Virus record (IMG/VR): IMGVR_UViG_3300010046_000001 | Location: 1 to 44,641 of that record | Origin: a virus | Length of the DNA stretch: 44,641 bases | Direction: 5' to 3' (one strand) | In this document: piece after piece, positions 7,395-15,234 of the stretch | Layout of the letters: each line of letters starts with the position of its first letter | Position numbering within the stretch: position 1 is the first letter of the stretch | Notes under the pieces: model-generated | What the model saw: only the letters and a program-made list of their open reading frames with translations | The model's database searches: none | Told to the model about the DNA's origin: nothing | Made by a program: the position numbers and the translations under genes

Positions 7395-9023
7395 TCAGTG
7401 ATCCCATCGGCGATCGGACGCCGGTAGATAGCGCATCGAGAACCCACGGATGCGGAACGGCGCGACGGTCGCACCCATCTGGAATCGGAAGCGGAAGAAC
7501 TTGCCGCGCAAGCGGACGGGGAGCTCGGAGAGTCCGTTAGTGAGCGTGCCGAGCTTCGTAAAGGTTTGCGGCGTGGTCGCATCTTCTTGCCAGTAGGGCG
7601 ATGCCTGCGGTCCGAGATGGTTCCGGACCGCTGCGTACACGTCCAGCGTGGTCCCTTCCCAATCGAGCTTCAGCCGATCCACATAGCTTTGCCATGCTGG
7701 CGGATCGCCTGGATTCGTCCCGAAGCAGAAATCTTTCGTGTCCACGTAGGCATCGGTTTCCGCGACCGCTTGATTGAGCTGTGCCCACACGTTCCCGGTC
7801 GTCTGATCCATGACCGTGTGCGCCGACGCCCGGGGCCACTGCACGCCGGTCGGAGAGCCCGAATCATAGGGGTACGCCTGCAGCGTGATCGTTCCGTGGA
7901 GCGCTTTGCGCGGATATGTCGACGTGAACGGCAGCTTATGCCGCCAGACTGCCGACGTGCGAAGGTTCATGTTAACGACGTAAGGCGTATTGAGATTCGT
8001 TACTGCCGCCGCATCACTCGCGTTGTCGAAGATGACATTGACCCCCGTCCCGGCTCGCACCGGATCGAGATTCGCAATCAGGTAGGGCGCGATCTGCGGC
8101 GCGAGCAGATTCCCGGAGAAATCCGCGAGCCCCGCCTGCGTCATGTAGATCATGCCCATGTGCGTGAGCGCACCCTCGCCGAGCCCGCCGCGACTCTGCA
8201 GACGGTCCACCGTGAAAGGCGGAATCTGCCGCGTCGTCTGCCCCACGGTGAGTCCGCGCAACATGATGATGACGAAGCCGCCCGAGATCGGACACAGTCC
8301 GACGATCGGACCGCCGCCATCTACCTGAAAGAAATCCGCCGAATTCGAAATATCAGGCGTCCAGGTCGTGAGCGGCGCGGCGCCGCCGTCGGATATCTTG
8401 ATCGTGCGGAAGCCCGTGCCACTCGGAACGTCGGTACCGCGCAGATTGCCGATAATGCCATGCCCGCCTGCTGCGCACGCATGATACCCGCAGATATTCG
8501 GGATGGCAGTCGCGGTGGCGCCATCGTAACGGAGCGCCCCGTTGAGCGAATTGGCTGGGACGCCGGTCAGAATAAGCTGCTGCGATGCGACCGCGCTCGT
8601 CGTCATCGGTGGCGGCATGATTCCGTCCACGTCCACCTCGACCGTGCCGCTTACCCCGTACTGATTGACGACCGGATTCCCCGGAAATTGCGCGTAGGGA
8701 TACTGGACCTGCGCCATGCGCGCGATGTTCGGAATGCCGCTCACTGGATTCGTCGGATACGAAAAGACGAGCATGCCACCGGGCGCGACTTGCATCAGGT
8801 CCGGCACCCAGCCCGCAGCGGTTTGCGGCGGGGGATTCGTACCGTCCGTCAACCACTGCGAGCCGAGCAGATACGACTGCCATGCCGGTGCCGTCATTGC
8901 CTGGTCGCCCTTCGGCATGACAGCATGACAGTTTGTCCACTGGTTATCCTCGATCCGCGCCGGGTCCGCCGCCACGTTCATGCCGCCCCCGAACGACGGC
9001 ACGGGATACCACTGGAACGCCAT
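7395..9023 (-). CDS. tail nozzle / tail tubular protein B-like structural protein (542 aa), putative
   Basis: TGATG coupling to the upstream gene. The N-terminus (PSFGGGMNVAADPARIEDNQ) and C-terminus (RLRGKFFRFRFQ...FRIRGFSMRY) resemble, from memory, T7 gp12 / P22 gp10-type proteins. Confidence 0.5.
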   Translation of the reverse strand: MAFQWYPVPSFGGGMNVAADPARIEDNQWTNCHAVMPKGDQAMTAPAWQSYLLGSQWLTDGTNPPPQTAAGWVPDLMQVAPGGMLVFSYPTNPVSGIPNIARMAQVQYPYAQFPGNPVVNQYGVSGTVEVDVDGIMPPPMTTSAVASQQLILTGVPANSLNGALRYDGATATAIPNICGYHACAAGGHGIIGNLRGTDVPSGTGFRTIKISDGGAAPLTTWTPDISNSADFFQVDGGGPIVGLCPISGGFVIIMLRGLTVGQTTRQIPPFTVDRLQSRGGLGEGALTHMGMIYMTQAGLADFSGNLLAPQIAPYLIANLDPVRAGTGVNVIFDNASDAAAVTNLNTPYVVNMNLRTSAVWRHKLPFTSTYPRKALHGTITLQAYPYDSGSPTGVQWPRASAHTVMDQTTGNVWAQLNQAVAETDAYVDTKDFCFGTNPGDPPAWQSYVDRLKLDWEGTTLDVYAAVRNHLGPQASPYWQEDATTPQTFTKLGTLTNGLSELPVRLRGKFFRFRFQMGATVAPFRIRGFSMRYLPASDRRWDH

Positions 9024-9562
9024 CAGATGAGCTTCCCCACGATCACGAAGGCGTCCAGCAGCGTGCGGCGGGCCGCTCGCGCATCGGCGAGACACCCCGG
9101 ACAGGGAACCAGAAGTCCGGGGCTCTTCTTCCGCCGAAACGAAACGTACCCGCCGCACGCGATGCAGCGCGCATTGACGCTGTAGACACGGCGCTCGTCG
9201 GATGCGCCCATGCGAGCAAGCACCACCGGTCCCCAGTTCTTCCGCAGCGCTTCGTCAAGGACAGCGGTAGCCTTCCTGTTCGTCCGCGTCGCCGCATCAA
9301 GGACGGCCATGTACATGACCTGCGAGACGTCCGGGTAGCGCCACTCGACCGGGAACGCGTTCCCGAGACGTTCGAGCTTGGCAATCTGGCGGGCGCTACA
9401 ATGCCCGTACTCGGCGAGCTCGCGCATCCGGGTCGCGCGCACCTCTTCCGGGCAATCCTCGAGGCAGTTCCGCACCAGATCGGCAGCAGCCCAGAAGCCC
9501 GCGCGCTGTCCGTTCAGGGCATCGACGAAGGACTGCGTGACCTCTTCCCAGCTCTCAGCCAT
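9023..9562 (-). CDS. putative DNA-binding protein with C-terminal zinc ribbon (179 aa)
   Basis: Start 1 nt after the RuvC stop. ARQIAKLERLGNAFP HTH-like segment. CIACG...CPGC. Confidence 0.6.
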   Translation of the reverse strand: MAESWEEVTQSFVDALNGQRAGFWAAADLVRNCLEDCPEEVRATRMRELAEYGHCSARQIAKLERLGNAFPVEWRYPDVSQVMYMAVLDAATRTNRKATAVLDEALRKNWGPVVLARMGASDERRVYSVNARCIACGGYVSFRRKKSPGLLVPCPGCLADARAARRTLLDAFVIVGKLI

Positions 9563-9563
9563 G

Positions 9564-10088
9564 CTAGAAATTCTGCGACCGCCCGTAGGCCGCAATGAGC
9601 AGCGCATCGGCGCGGCCCGTCTGCGCCTTCGATCCGAGCTCCACGGTGGGGAAGGTCGTGGATGCCACAATGCGGCTCGCGCCCTTCTTCGTCTTCAACA
9701 GCCCCGCATGCCTCTTCCACGCTTGAGGGGCGACGAGCCGCACCGGAAGCCCGAGACCAACCGCAATCCCTTCCCACAAGCCCGAACCACGCATCAGGCT
9801 TCCCACGCTCCGGACGCCTTCGCCCGGATGCGGGTGGACGTGCTCGAGCACCACCAGCACTCGAGCAGGGTTCGGCGAGTCTGTCATGGTAGCTATGCTG
9901 ACCAGCTCGCAGAGGACACCGCGCATGTCCCCCGGCGCGTACTGGTTCCGGAGCGTGATCCCCGTCTTCACTTTGACGATCGGAGTATCGCGCACGACGA
10001 CATGATCGAGAGCGGCATCGGAGGGAACGAGAGCGAGCGCCCCGTGGAGTCCGGGGTCAATCCCGAGATACCAGCAGCCGTTCGCCAT
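9564..10088 (-). CDS. ruvC: RuvC-like Holliday junction resolvase (174 aa)
   Basis: N-terminal YLGIDPGLHGALA, the catalytic Asp motif of the RuvC fold. An alternative upstream ATG at 10145 overlaps the previous stop. Confidence 0.75.
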   Translation of the reverse strand: MANGCWYLGIDPGLHGALALVPSDAALDHVVVRDTPIVKVKTGITLRNQYAPGDMRGVLCELVSIATMTDSPNPARVLVVLEHVHPHPGEGVRSVGSLMRGSGLWEGIAVGLGLPVRLVAPQAWKRHAGLLKTKKGASRIVASTTFPTVELGSKAQTGRADALLIAAYGRSQNF

Positions 10089-10137
10089 TGCGGCGCCGTC
10101 CCTTGCCCGAAAAATCAAAATGACGCTAGCCCCTTCC

Positions 10138-10737
10138 TCACGCATCACAGAGCGTCTGACAATGGGCACAGCGCCAGGTCGTCCCGGTGACATCGGGCGT
10201 GATCCGGAAACCATTGCATTTCGGACAGCGCTGGACAGTGGGGTCGTCCGGTCGCGTCGCAGTGTACCGGGGTCGTGCGTGCGCCCGACGTGCCCGATCG
10301 TCTTCGGCCCAGAGCGCATGCAATTTCTCTACCCGTCGCCGTTCAGCATCTTGCGCCGCTTGCCTTTCTGCCTCCTGCTCTGCAGGGGAGAGCGCCGCCC
10401 AGCGGGCGGCTTCAGCATCCGCCGCAGCCGCGACGGCATCTGTCCTCTCTTTGGTCGCTGCGGCGTCCGTGATCGCTCGCGCCATTTCGCTCGGAGCCAT
10501 GAGCAATACCTGTGTCTCGTGCATAGACTGGGCGGCAGCCGTGCGGATTTCGACGGGCTTCGGGAAGAACCGACTGTTCTGCAATAGCTGCCGTACCGCC
10601 GTCCGCACAGCCAAGAGCGGTAGATCATGCAGTACCTCCCAGTAGGCTGCCGCGCGGAGCGCACTCACCCGTTCGTTAAAAACCTCACTCAGGAGAGCAA
10701 GCTGCTCCCCGAAGAATCCCCGGTCGTCCTCCGTCAT
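10138..10737 (-). CDS. putative helicase-loader-like / replication accessory protein (199 aa) with C-terminal zinc ribbon
   Basis: ATGA coupling to the initiator-like gene. The AAYWEVLHDLPLLAV...FFPKPVEI segment is reminiscent of G39P-type loaders (memory only). CPKC...CAHC. Confidence 0.45.
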   Translation of the reverse strand: MTEDDRGFFGEQLALLSEVFNERVSALRAAAYWEVLHDLPLLAVRTAVRQLLQNSRFFPKPVEIRTAAAQSMHETQVLLMAPSEMARAITDAAATKERTDAVAAAADAEAARWAALSPAEQEAERQAAQDAERRRVEKLHALWAEDDRARRAHARPRYTATRPDDPTVQRCPKCNGFRITPDVTGTTWRCAHCQTLCDA

Positions 10738-11522
10738 AGCCTCAATCCTTTCTTGATTGCCTCGAGGTTGCCCGCCGTGCGGCCCGTTACGCCACCGATT
10801 GGTTCGGCGGGCGGGACGTCTTCCCATTGCCGCTGGTTCAAGAACGTCGCCGGGTCTTCGATCCAGCCTGCTTGCCACTGTGCGCTCTGGCGCCAGCGCT
10901 CGACGCCGCGAAGAATCTCCGCCGCATGGCGGTCGCCCTGCGCCTTCTTCCAAGCCCTCAGCGCTGCGGGTCGGTGCCGCTTCTTGGGATAGGTCTCGTA
11001 GAAGCTGCCGAACAAACGGTCGCCCGTTTCTGGCGACCAACTGTTTGGTCTAGCCTCAGACGATTCAATAATCCCCGGAAGAACATCCGGAGAAGAGACC
11101 TCCGGAGTATCTGGCGTGACGAGACGAGACGGGCACGACTTTTGGCGGACAATGTCCGACGGATGGCGGACAATGTCCGGACATTGTCCGGACACGAATG
11201 CGATTCTCTTGCGCTTCAGGTACTTACGCCAACTGTCCGGCGCGTGGTCGTTCAGGTCGTGAATCACGAGCCGGTGGGTTTCACAGCAGCGGTCCAGCCA
11301 GCCGGTATCGACTAGGCATCGGACAAGCTCCTGTGAACCAGCGGGCCATCCGATGCCTTCCGCAATCGCGGCATCGCTATGACGCCCGACATCCCCGGCA
11401 GGCGCATAGTCGAACGTCCAATCCAGCAACGCATCGAGCAGTCCGAGAGCGGCGAAGGGCTCTAGCCCGAGCTGTCGCGCGAGTGCGCGGAGCTTCGGAT
11501 GCCTCACTGTACCGCGCTTCAT
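10734..11522 (-). CDS. putative replication initiator / replisome organizer (262 aa)
   Basis: ATGA coupling upstream. Contains an internal iteron cluster. C-terminal FYETYPKKRHRPAALRAWKKA DnaD/O-like motif (memory only). Confidence 0.5.
   Translation of the reverse strand: MKRGTVRHPKLRALARQLGLEPFAALGLLDALLDWTFDYAPAGDVGRHSDAAIAEGIGWPAGSQELVRCLVDTGWLDRCCETHRLVIHDLNDHAPDSWRKYLKRKRIAFVSGQCPDIVRHPSDIVRQKSCPSRLVTPDTPEVSSPDVLPGIIESSEARPNSWSPETGDRLFGSFYETYPKKRHRPAALRAWKKAQGDRHAAEILRGVERWRQSAQWQAGWIEDPATFLNQRQWEDVPPAEPIGGVTGRTAGNLEAIKKGLRL
11143..11194. repeat. Iteron cluster: TGGCGGACAATGTCCG x2 (11143-11158, 11164-11179) plus inverted GGACATTGTCC (11179-11189) and half-site GGACA
   Basis: Read directly. 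Each unit holds the palindrome GGACA-N-TGTCC. The direct copies are 21 bp apart. Confidence 0.85.
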
Positions 11523-12004
11523 GGCGCCGCCTTGTACCCACCGTGGAGCTGGCGCGGCTGCTGCGCGGTCGCATGGACGTGGCTCGGATAGAGCGCCGGT
11601 CGCCAGCCCTGGTGCTCGAGGCGCTTCCGGACCGCGCCCGGATCGAGTCCGAACGTCTCGCAGATGGAGACGAAAGCGAACGGATGATCCATCTGGTCGG
11701 ACCGAAACCATCGGATCAGGTCAGAGTGCTGCCGTATGACCCTCCAATTGCGTTTGCGGGCCACTGTGACGACGTCCACGGGACCGCTGAGAGGGACGAA
11801 CCGGAGCACCGGACCCCAGAGCTGCAGGTCACGGATCGCCATCTCGAGGACCGCGAGCATGAGCGCTCGCTCGCCCCGAGCAGGCATGTCCCGGACGCTC
11901 CCGTACTGCCCTGGCAGGACTAGATCGGGCTCGAGCAGGTCCGGTCTTGGGTTCGGTTTGCGCTGCTGTCCGACCACTGCCAGCCGACAACCAACCCGTC
12001 GCAT
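11519..12004 (-). CDS. hypothetical protein (161 aa), first gene of the leftward replication operon
   Basis: GGGAGGTGGGG RBS before ATG 12004. Track ORF starts at 12085. Confidence 0.55.
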   Translation of the reverse strand: MRRVGCRLAVVGQQRKPNPRPDLLEPDLVLPGQYGSVRDMPARGERALMLAVLEMAIRDLQLWGPVLRFVPLSGPVDVVTVARKRNWRVIRQHSDLIRWFRSDQMDHPFAFVSICETFGLDPGAVRKRLEHQGWRPALYPSHVHATAQQPRQLHGGYKAAP

Positions 12005-12009
12005 CCCCA

Positions 12010-12395
12010 CCTCCCTGTTCTCACGGAGGCGCCACGTAAGCCTCCGGAACATAAGGCATTCCATGGTATAGCTTCTGACCCGCAATCAGAAGGTCGGAAT
12101 GCCCGTGCCCGCAAACCCGCACTGGACGCAGGTTTGCGTGCGTTCTCACATCTGTTCTCACAAGAATCCGGAAGAATGAGAACAAATGCGAAAAAATCCC
12201 CACGAATGGGGAAGAACCTGCTAGAGCAGGCGGGCGCTAGGGGCGCGTAACTACTCGGATTCCCGAGTGCGCCCAGGCTGATTCGAACAGCCGACCTTCT
12301 GATTCGTAGTTGTAAGGTGATCGAGGCGCAAACGCTTGTGCGTTCAGGGACTTGCGGCGGTTCAGTTGGCCCCGTTCTCACGCCCGTTCTCATGG
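12010..12395 (-). other. attP region with arm-type repeats GTTCTCA
   Basis: GTTCTCA at 12017, 12142, 12154, 12374 and 12386, with the inverted copy TGAGAAC at 12177. These flank the tRNA-like core next to int. Confidence 0.75.
12268..12309 (-). other. attP core: 3' fragment of a tRNA-Arg(ACG) gene (anticodon loop to discriminator), not a complete tRNA
   Basis: Minus strand reads CTACGAA / TCAGA / AGGTC / GGCTG-TTCGAAT-CAGCC / TGGGCGC / A. No D-arm or 5' acceptor strand upstream. Confidence 0.7.
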
Positions 12396-13555
12396 GCGGT
12401 CCCGTTGACCAAGAGCTCGAGCCGATCAGCGGCTCCCGGATCGATGATCCGGATGGTCTTCGCATAGAGCATCGTGGTCGCGATCGAGGCGTGTCCGAGC
12501 TGCTGCTGAACCCACTGGACGGCGTTCACGTTTCTTGCATGGGTCAGATGCAGGCAGGCGAAGGTGTGCCGCAGCGAGTGCGCCGAGAACCCCTGGTCGG
12601 CGAGCCCTGCCTTCTTGAGCACCCAGCCGAATTCCGCCTGCACGTTCCGCTGCCCGTAGGGTGTTCCGTTCCGCGTGATGAAGACCCACGGCGGAGGCTT
12701 CGGCCAGCCCCGCTTGAGCACCAGCGCTGGCCGCGCCGCGATGATCTTCTCGAACGCCTTCCGGAGCCGGTTCGTGACGTCCACCGTCCGAGCTCGCTTG
12801 CCCTTCGTCCGTGACGGCACCTTGCCGGTCTCCGAGAGCTTCCGCTCCACGCGCATGCTGTTCTGCGAAAGCGACAGGTCTGTCAACCAGAGCCCCCGCC
12901 ACTCGCCGATCCGGAGTCCGGCGTCCAGCCCGGTCAGGAATTGGACGTAGAGCGGCGACGCGTTGGCGGCGAACAGGAACTTGTTCGCCTGCTCTTCGGT
13001 CATCGCCTTTCGCACCTCTTCGGTCTCGCCTGCGATCAGCTTCCGGATGCTCTTCGTCTTGACTGCCAAGGGATTCAGCGACAGCACCTCGTCGTCCACC
13101 GCTTCGGTCAGCATGGACGACATGGTCGCCCACATGATGCGGAGCGAGTCCCCCGCGTAGCCATCGGCCCGCTTCGCCGAGAGCAACGCCTTCATGTGCG
13201 CGATCCGGAATTCGACGGGTCGCATGGCGCCGATCGTCGTATGGTCAATCCGGAAATCTAGGACGTGGCGCTCGAGCGTGTCCCGGTAGGAGCGGACCGT
13301 CTTCGGTGCCAGCACCAGCGGGATCACGTCCGAGACCCAGTGCTCCGCGTAGGCGCGGAGGCTCTTCGACTTGTCCGCTGTGAGCGTCGGCTGCAACGTC
13401 GCCTGTTGCGCGAGTGCGCCGCTGGCGAGCCACTTTGCCGCCTGCTCTTCGGTCTCGAAGACCTTCTGCTTGCGGCGTCCGTGCGGGTCTTTCCACTCGA
13501 CTATCGGGACGAGCTTCCCCCGGACCTGCTTCGAGCTGACCCTACCGAACGCCAT
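12362..13555 (-). CDS. int: phage integrase, tyrosine recombinase family (397 aa)
   Basis: LRIGEWRGL (Arg), HSLRHTF (HxxR), LGHASIATTMLY (His...Tyr). Lies between the excisionase-like gene and attP. Confidence 0.92.
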   Translation of the reverse strand: MAFGRVSSKQVRGKLVPIVEWKDPHGRRKQKVFETEEQAAKWLASGALAQQATLQPTLTADKSKSLRAYAEHWVSDVIPLVLAPKTVRSYRDTLERHVLDFRIDHTTIGAMRPVEFRIAHMKALLSAKRADGYAGDSLRIMWATMSSMLTEAVDDEVLSLNPLAVKTKSIRKLIAGETEEVRKAMTEEQANKFLFAANASPLYVQFLTGLDAGLRIGEWRGLWLTDLSLSQNSMRVERKLSETGKVPSRTKGKRARTVDVTNRLRKAFEKIIAARPALVLKRGWPKPPPWVFITRNGTPYGQRNVQAEFGWVLKKAGLADQGFSAHSLRHTFACLHLTHARNVNAVQWVQQQLGHASIATTMLYAKTIRIIDPGAADRLELLVNGTAHENGRENGAN

Positions 13556-13558
13556 GAG

Positions 13559-13876
13559 TTACCTTCCCGTGCGCCTCCGCGACCGCAGCGGGCGTCCGTT
13601 GCCATTCTGAACGGATGGCGTGATCCCACGGCGTTTTCGAGGGAGGGGCACGGGAGGACTATACTCGGGGTCGGTGACGCCGTGCCAGTTCCGACGCTTC
13701 CACCGCTCGAGCTCCATCGGCTCCACGCGCTTGTCCTTCTGGCTCGAGCCAGTCCAGTTGATGCGGCGGGGATCGCCCGGTTTGAGTCGCATCAGGGCTT
13801 TGACGCGGCTCTCAGGCAGATGCAGCACGATGCCTACTTCTGTGGGCGTGAGCAGACGATCCACCGGTAACAGCAT
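13559..13876 (-). CDS. xis: excisionase-like HTH DNA-binding protein (105 aa)
   Basis: LLTPTEVGIVLHLPESRVKALM helix-turn-helix. Sits directly upstream of int. AGGGGGA RBS. Confidence 0.6.
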   Translation of the reverse strand: MLLPVDRLLTPTEVGIVLHLPESRVKALMRLKPGDPRRINWTGSSQKDKRVEPMELERWKRRNWHGVTDPEYSPPVPLPRKRRGITPSVQNGNGRPLRSRRRTGR

Positions 13877-13986
13877 TCACGTTCCCCCTAACCACACCGG
13901 AGGAAGGCAACCTGGAGGGAGACTCCGAGTTATGCTCCCGTCACCTCCCGGTAGTCAAGGGCGGCGTATGCTTCTAGAAAGGCACG

Positions 13987-14002
13987 TCTGATTGCAATCA
14001 GA
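13987..14002. promoter_or_regulatory. Perfect 16-bp palindrome TCTGATTGCAATCAGA in the divergent xis / recombination-module intergenic region
   Basis: Read directly. The AATCAGA half-site recurs in other intergenic regions. Confidence 0.6.
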
Positions 14003-14125
14003 TGTGACCGGGACGGGAACACCTCTCGGTTGGCAGACTTATAGCGTTACGTGGTCGGATTCAATGTCCGGATTCGGTCGCAAGAAAAAATTTGCGTTGT
14101 TCTCAATCGCAGGGTAGGGCGCCGC

Positions 14126-14329
14126 ATGCTCATTGACACGCAGAACCGGAAAACGGTTCTGCACGACTGGTACCTCGAATCGCGGCGGGCCGATGGGCTG
14201 GACGTCATCGCGTGTCGTCGGTGTGGCACGCGGGAGACGCGGCTCTCGCCTCCGGACGAAGGATCAAATCAGCCTCGAGATAATTTCTGGAGGTATGACA
14301 CATGGAAGACGGACCCGGACAAGCCCTGA
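14126..14329 (+). CDS. hypothetical protein (67 aa, CRRC)
   Basis: Internal ATG of ORF 14051..14329 after AGGGTAGGG. GC-rich third codon positions except in the 3' overlap. Confidence 0.35.
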   Translation: MLIDTQNRKTVLHDWYLESRRADGLDVIACRRCGTRETRLSPPDEGSNQPRDNFWRYDTWKTDPDKP

Positions 14330-15234
14330 TCCCGATCGAGCCCGAGCTCGTACCGACGATGGTATCTGACATCGCGTCGGCGAAGGCGCGGCTACAGGAG
14401 CTGCAGGCATTCGTCCGTGAGGTGATGGTCGAAGGGGAAGATTACGGAACGATTCCCGGCACCGAAAAGCCCGCCCTGTATAAGCCCGGAGCCGAAAAGC
14501 TCTGCGAAATCTACGGGCTGGTCCAGCAGCCCACCGTAGTCGCCCGGATCGAGGAGTGGGATCGCCCGTTCTTCCACTACGAGGTGCGCTGCGATCTGGT
14601 CTCGAAGCGGACGGGCCGCACGGTCGGCTGCGGTTTCGGTTCCTGCAATTCCCATGAGACCCGCTACCGCTACCGAATGGCGGATCGCAAATGCCCAGTC
14701 TGCAATCGGGAGACGATCATCCGAGGCAAGGAAGAATTCGGCGGAGGTTGGCTCTGCTTCCGGAAGAAGGGCGGCTGCGGCGCCAAGTTCAACGACGACG
14801 ATCCGACCATCCTCGATCAGCTCGTCGGTCGCGTGGAGAACGAAGAGGTCTGCACGCTGGTCAACACCTTGCTCAAGATGGCGAAGAAGCGCGCGCTCAC
14901 CGATGGCGTGCTCTCCGTCACGCGGAGCTCGGGGCTCTTCACGCAGGACGTCGAAGATTTGGACACGGGAGGAAAACCCGATCCGACACCGACTCCGGAC
15001 CCGCCGAAGCCTGAAACGAAGAAGCCCGGATCGATGGCGAAGCTAGTCACCGATGCACAGCGGACAATCCTCTTACGGCAGGCAGAGGTGGCAGGCATTC
15101 CGCAGCGTGCCTTGATCGACTACATCGGGCGGAGCTTCGGCGTGACCAAGCTAGATGAGCTACCATTCGAGTACGTCAACCACGTCCTGGCGTGGATCAA
15201 GGAATCCCGTGCGGAGCCGGGGAGCCAAGGGTAA
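14302..15234 (+). CDS. putative single-strand annealing protein (ERF/Rad52-like) with inserted zinc ribbon (310 aa)
   Basis: GGAGG 8 nt upstream. KPALYKPGAEKL and LLKMAKKRALTDGVL...FTQDVEDLD motifs. CPVC...C..GGC insertion. Family assignment is from memory. Confidence 0.45.
   Translation: MEDGPGQALIPIEPELVPTMVSDIASAKARLQELQAFVREVMVEGEDYGTIPGTEKPALYKPGAEKLCEIYGLVQQPTVVARIEEWDRPFFHYEVRCDLVSKRTGRTVGCGFGSCNSHETRYRYRMADRKCPVCNRETIIRGKEEFGGGWLCFRKKGGCGAKFNDDDPTILDQLVGRVENEEVCTLVNTLLKMAKKRALTDGVLSVTRSSGLFTQDVEDLDTGGKPDPTPTPDPPKPETKKPGSMAKLVTDAQRTILLRQAEVAGIPQRALIDYIGRSFGVTKLDELPFEYVNHVLAWIKESRAEPGSQG

Noticed and set aside
7566-9185. 539-aa plus-strand ORF, and similar long ORFs at 27076-28362 (+), 30269-31549 (+), 32308-33489 (+), 36342-37754 (+), 35216-35872 (+), 20711-21778 (+), 22041-23372 (-), 26789-28399 (-, except its last 63 codons) and 10138-11040 N-terminal extensions
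   Set aside because: They are extremely Arg/Pro/Gly-rich with no motifs and lie antisense or out of frame to ORFs with clear motifs (TerL, portal, capsid, fibres, nozzle). This is the typical shadow-ORF pattern in high-GC DNA.
12268-12345. Possible complete tRNA gene next to the integrase
   Set aside because: Only the anticodon loop through the discriminator is present. The upstream bases cannot form the 5' anticodon-stem strand, a D-arm or a 7-bp acceptor stem at proper spacing (the best fold is about 62 nt). It is interpreted as the attP core instead.
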